This document shows positions 54,486 to 64,000 of a DNA stretch of 64,000 nucleotides, one piece after another. The position numbers and the translations under genes are program-made. How positions within the stretch are numbered: position 1 is the stretch's first letter; each line of letters starts with the position of its first letter. Origin of the DNA: Microbotryum violaceum (taxonomy: Eukaryota); the NCBI GenBank assembly GCA_001244265.2, contig CDLV01000004.1, positions 3,658,001-3,722,000 of the forward strand, given 5' to 3'. The notes below the pieces were generated by a model. That model made no database searches. It was not told the DNA's origin and worked only from the letters and a program-made list of their open reading frames with translations.

Positions 54486-57033
54486 TTTTTGTTTTTGTTT
54501 TTTTGACTGGGGCTCATAGATTGCAATCCTTCGGGTTGGCTGGGACCGCTACAAAAAGAGGTAAAGGAGGTTATGAAGCAACGATGGCAAGCAGTTGGCT
54601 GAAAGTCAAACCCCTGCGCGCAAAGAGCGCTGCGTAGATCAAAACCCGCCGAGCACCTAACGCGGACTCCAACGGGCGGTGAGTACTGCTGCCGCTTCAC
54701 GTCCCAAGAGCGGGAGCGAAGATACTCGAAAACCAGGCAAGGGCGCCTAGAGAAAGAAGGGGGAAAATATACAGAAATTCACGACTGGAAACACGGAAAA
54801 TCAGGAATACTAAGACAGAGAGGAGGGGAACACACCCGAGGGGCCAAGGGAGGGGGTCGAAGCCGGGGATAGAGGTCCCCAGGGACTAACAAGCCGCAGC
54901 CAAGCCCCAGCTACTCGTCACATCGCCTGATGTCCTCCCTTGGCTGAATCTCGAGTGCTGGCTGTTGAGCCGTCGGGGCCGAGCGAAAAGCAATCCAATA
55001 CAACGAAACGAGCCTCGCCTTGACGCGAGGATATTGACCAAAAGACGAGCGACCTTTCTTCCCGAGCCATGCCGTAGATCTTGACCAACGCGAACGAACG
55101 AATCATTCGACGAAATCCAACACACGGCTTAGGAGTAAAAGGAGAAGTGGCTGGAGCGTAGTGAACAACCGAGCAACAGGGACAAGAGAAAGGGAAGGGA
55201 GAAAGGAGAGAAAGGAGAGGGGAAAACTTCACAAAACTTCCAACGCAAAGACGATCGACCAGGCTTGCCGATCAATCCAGGAACGAAAACCGCTACTGCG
55301 CAAAGTAGAGAGAGGGGGAGAGAGGTGCGCAGCCTTCCACTGCGCAACAAGTTTCAAGACAGTCAGCTTCTGAAAGAGAAGTCGACCTCCGAAAAAGAAG
55401 GGAGGAAAGGAGGGGAGGAAGATGGGAAGGAAGGGCTTAACTCAGTCATCACACCTCCCAATCTCGAGCCCCAGGCACAAAGCCCGCTCGAGAGAGAAAA
55501 CTCGCTCGAACGGTCTGAGTGCACTGGGGAGCGAGGGAGGGGCCACGACCTTGTCCAGCTCGAACCGCTGATGAACGCGCCAGCGGAGCAGGTGCAGCCG
55601 CTGGAAGCCGATCGCGCAAGCCAGCCGAACCCACATCCATTTCGAGGTCGTTCTCCCACAACCCCGCAAAAGAGGCAGCCCCATAGTCAGCTGCTCCGGA
55701 GTGAACGTCGACGGATCGACGTCGGTATCCTCGATGCCGAGCTTGTCGAACAGAATGCGAAGCACCCCGCCCCAGAAGCTGGTCGAGTACGCGCACTCGA
55801 AAAAGTGGTGCGACACCGTCTCGATGACCGCTGCATTGTTGCCGCAGAACAGACACGTCGGCGAAGAGGCATGACCCTGCGTATGCTGCCTCTTGCGCAT
55901 CGGCGTCACGTCGTACATGAGCCGCCAGTGGGTGTCCTGCTCCACAGCAGACGCGAACCGGTCATGAAGCCATCTCCAGAAGCTCTTCCTATCGCTCTGA
56001 GAAGTCCCATCACGGAAACGCTTGACTCGATCCTTCCTCCCTGGGAACCGAACCACGTTCACAAGCCGACGAAGCTTGCGAATAGTGAACGGTCGGGTGA
56101 GCCCAAAGAAGTTGAAGCACCGAGGACGGGGAGCCTCCTTGAGAGGTATCCGAGCAGGTCGCAACACGGTCTTGGGCAGCAAGGCTTTCGCCTTGAGCAA
56201 CTGACCCACGCGCGACCATACGTGCCCGTGCTGTAGGGCGGGTTCCTTAGAGTGCTGCCAGAACCCGCGTCGATGACCAACAAGAGCCCATCCCTTCCCT
56301 TCGTCCCTCCAGTACAGGTCCGCGATCTGCGTAAACTTCGCCACTGCGTCCGCATCGTCATATGCGTGCTTGGCACCTTCAGCATAGAGTGAAGGGAGGC
56401 GAGGCGGAAGCGAGAGCAATTCGGGGAGCGTAAGGAGTTCGGACTTGATGGTTGGTAAGGTGACCCTGGCCGCTGCAACGACTGCCCCCCAGCGCGTCGA
56501 GTCGCGATACAGCTTCTCGAGCCGAGCCGTGCTGCTGAAGAACCCCCTCGGACTGAAATCGCGGGTCGCAGCGACGAGGGACCTCCAGCTCTCGCGAGCT
56601 AGGGGCGCCCAGATCGCCTCGTCCGAGCCCGCCACAGCATCCCAAAACCGAAGCGCCACCGAATGAACGATGTCGCCGATCGAAATCAAGCCCAAGCCAC
56701 CGTCCTCCCGAGCCTGGAACACGAAATCGCGAGCGACGGTATTTCGCCCTGCTCCTCCCCAGACAAAATCCGTAAGTGCTGTCTCCGCCGCCTTAATAAA
56801 CCATTGAGGCGGTATGTCGAAGGACAGCACGTGGAGGACCGTCGAGATGATGTGAGCGTTGGCATAGAAGACCTTCCCACTCGGCGAAAGTGTCCGGTCT
56901 CCAGCGGCGCGGGTCTTGGCCTTGATCCTGTCAAGAACATGGGTCCAAAACAGTTTCGAGTCACCGTGGCGAAAGAAGGCATAGCCGCACCACTTGGAGC
57001 TCTCCCCCTCCTGCACCGTTGGCAGCGCCTGCG
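54486..57033 (-). mobile_element. LINE family B, 3' part (post-RT region and zf-RVT), cut by an LTR
   Basis: The 524-aa ORF 55442..57016 has LSPSGKVFYAN, FVWGG, DGGLGL and CLFCG..ETVSHHFFEC. The 3' UTR is homologous to 20529-21430. Confidence 0.9.
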
Positions 57034-57068
57034 TGTTGTAGGAAATTAGTGGGGTCTGCGGTCCAGAG
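57034..57068. mobile_element. 35-bp stub of the LTR seen at 32227
   Basis: TGTTGTAGGAAATTAGTGGGGTCTGCGGTCCAGAG matches the solo LTR end with one mismatch. Confidence 0.8.
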
Positions 57069-58914
57069 CATCAGCAAAATGGCCACGCGCGCGAACCCGC
57101 TGAAGGATTCGCCCGAGATTACGCGCGCTTAACAGCGCTTTAACGGTGCATAAGATGTGCATAAGGACGCATACGCGCGCGGCTGATCGTGCCCGCACGC
57201 CTGCCCGTGATTTTGGCGAGCAGCGCGGCGTAGTCGGCTTGAAGCGCGGTCAGGGCCGACGACAGTGTCAGATGGCATGGTGTTGGTTTCAGGAGTGAGT
57301 TCTGGTGGAGGTGAAGTGTTGGATGGTGGTGGTCCGCTTGCGTCTGCTGTAGAAGCTTTGTGAGCGGCTTTTGGGCTCATGACCTATTAGAAGTCTGGAT
57401 CCCGACTCAAGGGGTTGAGTACGAGCACAAGATTGAGGATGGAAGATGGATGAAGAAGGATGAAGAAGGAAGAGAGACGAGTGCCCGCGAGGCGCGCGAC
57501 TTCAACCCAAGCCAACATGTCAACCGAGTCTCAATCAGGCGCTGGGATCCGGTGTAGTGAGAATAGGCTAAAGAGGGAGTGCAAAGTAGAAGTGAAATAG
57601 TGGCAAGAGAAGTAAATAGGATTGGAAGAGAATCAGAGATATGATTGGGTTCTGACAGCCAGGACGTGGGCGCAAGCGCCGTCACGGCCAAGTGACTCGC
57701 ATTAGGCCACGGCCGCGTGTTGTTTACCAAGTCCACGCGCCGTCGCGAGCCTCCTTTTCCTTCCTCCCACTCACTGCCACCGCTCACGATCCCCATCCCT
57801 TGTTCCCTCTTGCCTCCACCATCACCTTTCATTCTGCCCCTGGCTATCTCCGAGTGAGTTGACCGTATGGCACAGTCATTGAAAGGTATGGCTGAAGCGT
57901 TACAAGCCGCCGGCAAAGACACCGCCAGCGACCGGCGGGACCAAAGCGCGGTCAACCGAACACGAAGCAGACTGAGGCGCACGTCACATCTTGACAACGC
58001 TGACCATCTTCGGAGGGGTTCTTGGAACTTTGCTGTGGCCACACTTTTAGGGTGATCTTGAAGAGGTTATACTGTTGTCCAGAGCAGGAAATGGCTAGTA
58101 AGTATTTGCATTACTGCAGAGAGATTTCCAGTTCGGCCGGAAGTCAGGCGACCTGTCAAACTCACTCACTGTTGAACGATCTCGTCGCCGTGTTCGCAGC
58201 TTGCGCCAAGAGCCAAAAGGTGGCCTCTCTCAATGCGGCGCAGCCGGACAACCAACCCCTGGCTTTTGGTCTAGTATCTTACGCTTAAGGTGCGGTGAGT
58301 CGAGAGATTTTCCGCGGATATCGGTTTCATCCCTGTAACATTCGACCTAACGTTCGTCTACTGGTCCCATCAATAGGCGCTTGTGTCTCTTGAAAAGGTG
58401 ATGCCCCCAATTGCGGAGTTCTCAGGTGAGTCTCAATCACCCGTTGTTGCGACATACACGAGTTGTTTCCCCGGGAGGGGGGTTATGCTTCCGTTTTCAG
58501 GTGGCGAAGCAGTGGCCAAAGACTCGCTCGAGGCAGGCTTGGCACTTAGGCACAGGGCACAGTTGGTGCCGAATGATACGTAAGAAGAGGACTCAGAATA
58601 GATTGTTTGGCTGGCAGTAGCCTAGTACTCAGCACTGTGATTATGAGTGGAATGCAAGCATGTACCAGTACTACCAGGCATTGATTGCTCAAGCGCGCTT
58701 ATACACATAATAGCACTGAAATCAGGTTGTTGCAAAAGCACTATAAGTGCACTAAATGGCACAAAGTGCACTTAAGTGCCTTTTAGATGTCATTTAGTGA
58801 CCCACCGGAGATTATAGAAAGTGCACTAAATTTCACTAAAAGTGCGCTTTTGGCACTAAAGTGCGCTAAATTTCACTAAATTTCACTAAAGCGCGAGTGG
58901 CAAAGTTGCTGATG
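57069..58914. mobile_element. Longer member or composite of the CATCAGCA-TIR family
   Basis: The left end CATCAGCAAAATGGCCACGCGCGC is an imperfect TIR. 58803-58914 is the reverse complement of MITE 45138-45249. No TSD is visible. Confidence 0.65.
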
Positions 58915-59638
58915 TTCTTGCAGCTGCTCAAAATAAACCACGACCAATGTGAGTGTTCTGGTGACAAGGAAAGGTCCGATGCAGTTTGGGAGAGCCCATA
59001 TCTTGAGCAATTGACTCCAACATCAGATTTGTATTGCGAGCCCAGCATTGCGTGCAAGGCTTCAGCGAAGTTGCACAGCTTTGAAAAAGGATGCTTCCCT
59101 CTTGCGCTTCGATCGGCGAGGGCTTGGGGCATTTGTGGATATAGCGGCAATTGACCGAACGGCCAATGTACGTGTTTGATACCTTGGCAAGCAAGCAACG
59201 ACCTCGAGTGCCTCAGACACCGGCAGAGGGGGAGTAGGGTCGAACCTTGCGACCTCTGGAGTCTCATTGGCGGCGCATCTGGCATCGAACCAATCGTTGC
59301 AATTGACGGTGCCGGGTTGGGCCGCGGGGGCCTTCGCGAAATCAACTGAGCAGTACATTGAGCGTCAGGATTGGAGTCAGAGGCGTACATTGTGCCGATC
59401 GAAGGGTCAATCAGAATGAGGGTAGGCGGGTAATTTTTTCAATGCCGGGCGATCCTAAGGGCTTCTCTTCGAGCTCCGGCAAAATCTCCTTGAGCGCGAG
59501 TGGGATAGATTCTCCATACACAAGAGTGTCAGCCTCAATATCAAGCAAGCTTGAACTATCACTAAGATCAGATAGTTGAGATCAACAGTAGGATGATTGA
59601 CCGGGAACCGGCGGAGGAGCTCCACTCCCCTCTCGCAA

Positions 59639-61022
59639 TCAGCGGAGGGGCAGAATTTGCTTCAACTCCGTGTCACACCGCAAGCGAGCATGTTTAACCA
59701 CGTCTAACATGTATGCGCGTTGGTTAGCATAGAAGTTGTCCTGTAGTGGCTTGAGTGGGCTCCAGCTCCAGTCTAACTCAGACTGAAACGCAACCGCCGC
59801 GACCAACGTTTCCATCGTTCGACAAACGAAGACGCCGCAAGCGTTGCCATTGGGCTGTCGCGTAAACTCTGTCCTAGGCATCAAGTCCCCCTTCTTCGGT
59901 ACTCGCGGTTTCACGATCTCTCGCTCCCACTCTGCGTACGGGATTGCGGGCCGGTCACTGCCTCCGGTGACACAAGGGATGGGTCCTTCTGCCCGAGCCG
60001 TGATGAAAGGAACGATGTTCTGCGATCATGAGCTCGGCGAATTATAGTCAGCCTATCAGGTAAGCGGGATCCACACAAGTCGCTTCTCCCTCTCACCTGG
60101 CAAAGCTTTGTTCCGGCGATGGAATGTTCGGGTCGTCTACGCTTTCTTTAGATCGCCGCAGCGAGTCATGAAAGCGGAAGGTGTGGTCGGACAGACGGGT
60201 CTCAACAAGCACCCAATGACCGGGCACAATGTCAGGTGATCCGCCGGATGCTGATGGAAAGAGATCGATGGAGCACCGTGAGATGCTTCGATTACGGTGA
60301 GGCAACGTTCGTATTTGCAGGCTGTCCATTCGTGCTCCTGTTCAGGTTGGTTTCGCCAATGAAGGACAGGAGGAGGATCGGCGAGGAAGAGTTTTGTCAG
60401 TTTTGCTTCCTAATCAGCAACTTCAAATAGCCATCAATGACTGCTTTTGCTTGGAACCAGTATCAACCCACTTCGGTGGACATGTACAAAGGAAGCTTGA
60501 GAATTGGTATAGTGTCCTTGAGCGTCCATTCATCTGCTTTCCTTCGGTCACCAAGAATCAGCGGCCATTGCCCGTAGTCGGCTTTCTTTTCCGCCGACCA
60601 GAGGAGGTTCGACGACATGATCGCTTTAGGTTTGGCTTGCATTGTGTCATACTCCAGCTGTAGATGGTTAGGTGCACAATTTTCGAGGAGGTTGACGACT
60701 TGGCGCAGGCGATCCATGGCTTCCTTGCCCCCATCGGAGATGGCTTCGGAGTCGTCGACGGCGGGGTCTGAGTCGGTGTTCGAGTCGACTCAGTCGGAGC
60801 AGCCCTCATGAGTCATTGGCATTTGATTGGAGTGCGTCACTGAGGGAGATCGTCAATGGTATTGGGTTCCCGCTGGCCCAAGTCTTTCTTCTGGGTAGAC
60901 GTAGTCGAGGACATCTGGGAGGTGCCACATGCAGGTGGGCGGGTCATGTCAATTGGTCGGGTCCCAATGCGGGGTCGGCCACCCTTGTTCTGGAGCGTTG
61001 CATTCATCTGCTGACTGGACAT
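59639..61022 (-). pseudogene. Ulp1/SENP-like (C48) cysteine protease, degenerate, probably transposon-borne
   Basis: Motifs in order: WFQAKAVIDGYLKLL, GHWVLV...FRFHDSL, QPNGNACGVFV. They are split over several frames and introns. Confidence 0.75.
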
Positions 61023-62383
61023 GACGTATGCGACACGGGTTTTGGAACCAAGGCGAGTATCTGTCCATGGCAACGGATGGCAGGAACTGGCGTGGCGCGG
61101 TGAACATGAGTCGAAAGTTAAAGTAAGCATTTGGCGCGACGCGACGCGTCAAGCAGGCTACGTGCACTCAGACAAAATTGAGCAAGTTCGCTGGCGGCGA
61201 TGCGCGGCTGTGCAGTGGATGCAGGGCCCACTTTGCTTGGGCAGTGACACGCATGATCGGATCACTTGACCCGTTGTAGTACCCAGTAAAAGAAAGAGTG
61301 AATATTCGATGCCTGGGGGTCTTTGTCGAGCCCGTGGGGGGGGGGGGGGGGGGGGGAGTACAGGCACGATTTTCAACTACATGAGATCCGGGTGAGAGTG
61401 CGTCTTACCAAGGGTGGACGTACTTGATGGTCATGTAAAAGGCCTCGTCAAGCTTCAGGGTGATACATGGCATACTACACGAGATACAGCGGATTGCCCC
61501 GCTACGTGGTAAACGCACCTTTCTTCCGGAGCAAACGCACCAAACTTGCGCGAAGAATGCACCATTTGTAAGTGAACTGTGCACCTTACTACCTGGGTAG
61601 ATGCGTCAAGCTTCGGGAGTAAACGCGCGCGCGTAATTGGTAAATGCACCATTTACTCGCGGCATTATGTATGGATGCATACGCAAAGCGGTCCGTAAGC
61701 CCTCTTATGCGGCGCAAAGCGGTCATAAAGCGACTTTATCCGAACCACAGACCGTGTTTTAAGCGGCTGTTTAGGCAGTCTTATCTTTGCAGCCCCTGAT
61801 CTGTTGTCCTTATAAACCTATGATACACTCATATACTACAGTCAAGTGAAGAGAGACTCTTCAAAGTCGCAAGCCCGTTGGGCTGTGATCCTCATCTCAT
61901 CACCGGTTCCCCGCCTAGAAACCCCGGGCCCTCGATACTCCTCAAGGAGTGCTACATCCACGCTGTTCTGTACTTGATTGGTGACTCTTACCTGCATAGC
62001 TTCTGAGTAAAAAGGACCAGAGCCTTCTCTACGACGCCTATGCAGTATGGCCATGACGGGACCCTGATAGTGAGTGGCCAAGAACTCGTGCCAGAGCGCT
62101 ACGGTTTGCTTTGCCACATTCGCATTTCTGCCAGCGTCGGACGATTCGGGGAGCGATGGGGCGGCGTAAAGACCTGCATGGCATACCGAACCTGATCCGT
62201 CATAGCAAGAATGTAGCGATATGATTGGTAGTTTGACATGGACATTGCTGAACAGTTGAGGAACTTACGCCGGCATATGCATGAGTCAAAAGAGCGAATG
62301 CAAGCTCGCGATGATCATTGTCGTTTGGGTCGAGACTGTTGGAATCAACGATGATCCCGAAATGATCAACAAAAGAACAACAA

Positions 62384-62455
62384 CAGCTGGACCAGGAGTC
62401 GAACCTGGGTCGCTTCCATTAATCGGAAAAGCTTTGACCACTAAGCTATCCGGCC
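62384..62455 (-). tRNA. tRNA-like sequence (pseudo-tRNA or SINE/LTR-embedded), non-canonical anticodon loop
   Basis: GGCCGGA TA GCTTAGTGGTCAAAGC T TTTCC GATTAAT GGAAG CGAC CCAGG TTCGACT CCTGG TCCAGCT G folds as a cloverleaf with A and B boxes. A TTTT run lies 10 nt downstream. Confidence 0.7.
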
Positions 62456-62510
62456 CCTGATATCAGTGCAAGGTCTACTAACACCTTCAACAGAGACCTT
62501 CCCATTGGAT

Positions 62511-62668
62511 GAATCCCAAATATTGGATTGGTGGACACCGGCCCGTTTCTCGCATCTTGCGGGCGGTTTGTGTTATCATCGTCGACTTTCATTTAGTTTT
62601 TCCGTAGGTCAATCAGGGGGAACAGGAATTGGGGGCAATATGATGAACAGTTTCTACAAAAAAAAAAA
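62511..62668 (+). mobile_element. LINE A extreme 3' fragment with poly(A)
   Basis: Reverse complement of 53887-54042, ending in an A11 run. Confidence 0.9.
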
Positions 62669-64000
62669 GGAAAGCAGCAGATTTTTCTTCCCTTATGCCG
62701 GTGACGATCTGAACAAAGATCTCGTACAGAAGGTCGTTCTGAAAATCATCCTCGGCCTCGAAGGAGCAATCGTTCATGTCGACCCCACCCTGAGGGAGAA
62801 AGATATTGTAAGCAGCTTGGTGCCAAAACATATGGCCACAACGCTGAATCGCACTCGAAGGAGCTGGTAGCGGGGCTTTGGAAAGGCTTACCGTTCCCGC
62901 ACCGCAACGTAACTCTTTGGCCGCCCATTTAGTAGGTTGGAGATAGAGTACGGCCTTGGCGGTCCATGCCTCACGTTGCCTGTCCGGTCCAGTTTGTATG
63001 CTTTGTAGGTGTATTTCAGCGCCGTCCTTTTGATCAAATTCAAGACTCCCAGAGTCTTCGAAACGGTCTGCTTGAAGGAAACACAGGTGTTGTCAGCGCT
63101 GGCAAGGTATCACCGTAGGCGGGGAAGAATGCCGCACAAGGTCGGCGATCTTCGATGACCACTCGATAGGCCTCTCAGCGTTTTCGTTGTAGACCTCCGC
63201 TACGAGCTGAGACTGGGCGTAAAGCGATCTCTTTGTTCGCCACAGGCCTTGGCCGTCGAGAATATTCTGCATGAAGATAGTTTGGAACCAGGCGCTAGCG
63301 ACCATCTTCTGCTCTAGAGTCAAGTCGGATGCTTGTCGGCGGTTGGGCTTTGAATCCAAAGTCTCTTGATCTATTGGCTTGCGGTTGTGCGCCCCGTCGT
63401 AGGGGGCATTGACATCGAGGTTCCCTTTGACCAGGGGCGACGATCTCGCAAACGACAAAGACGAGCCTGGTGTACGACTGGCAACCCTACCTTGCGGTGG
63501 ATTGCGTCTTAAAGCTTGTCCGGCGATTGAGGACTGTAGAGCCTGAGCCTTGGGCTGGGGCGTCTGCAAGTGTTGATAAGACCCATTGAATGCCTGCACG
63601 CAAGTACCGAAACCTGCTTGAATGCTACTCACTACGCCTGGAATGACGCTTTCGTCATCATCGTCCATGATGCTGGTCGCTACCATGTTGACAATGGCGA
63701 CAGGTGCGGCCCCATCGGCGCCATCCACAACCGTGGGTCCGACTAAGTCTTCGCCCTCGTCCGAGTCTGCCTCGTCCTGACCGTTGTCCGAAAAGTCACA
63801 GGGGTCCTCGGCTTGTCCACCCAACACAAGGTCCTTTATAGCAGGATCGATATAGGGGTCCTCGTCGCCGCTATCTTCGTCGCTGTATGGCTCAACAGAA
63901 GTCTGCTGTGCGCGGAAAAGCTGACGTGTGGTATCTGCATGAACGGTGTGAAGAGAAGAGGTGCGTGTCACCGCAAGCCTGGATGCGTGTGCAGGGGCTG

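Larger units (their letters stand above)
61842..63971 (-). pseudogene. Spliced hypothetical gene (acidic N-region), interrupted at ~62360-62670 and probably extending past the right edge
   Basis: 292-aa ORF plus downstream exons with GT-AG introns. The frame appears to rejoin (EEKSAAF|GIIVDSNSLDP) when the insertion is removed. Confidence 0.45.

Noticed and set aside
58730-58900. Periodic GCACTAAA repeats (also GCGCCAACTC at 35655-35735) as a CRISPR-like array
   Set aside because: The units are short with no unique spacers and the context is eukaryotic. They are transposon subterminal repeats.
62415-62432. Functional ochre-suppressor tRNA
   Set aside because: The anticodon loop lacks Y32/U33, the acceptor stem is mismatched, and it sits in an insertion.

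Overview
This is a eukaryotic, intron-rich, transposon-dominated window from a fungus, most likely a basidiomycete (smut-like, inferred from the gene and intron style). The host genes are a CSC1/OSCA (RSN1/PHM7-type) channel (-), HOG1 MAPK (+, 11 exons), a candidate SPIDR-like OB-fold gene (+), a long coiled-coil gene with a PP1-docking motif (-), and one or two unidentified spliced genes. Nested mobile elements make up most of the rest. There are two L1/Tx1-like LINE families, including one full-length 6.9 kb copy with a TAATG ORF1/ORF2 overlap. There is an internally deleted AcademH transposon (transposase plus RecQ-like helicase) and a ~20.7 kb head-to-tail array of three Helitrons carrying Zisupton-like, 8-bp-TSD TIR, MITE and solo-LTR insertions. 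A Gypsy remnant, a Ulp1-protease remnant and a tRNA-like sequence are also present. The most interesting candidate is a spliced accessory gene inside the near-intact Helitron that looks like an SSB-type OB-fold protein with an acidic tail. All homology calls come from motif recognition by eye; no searches were run, and some boundaries are approximate.
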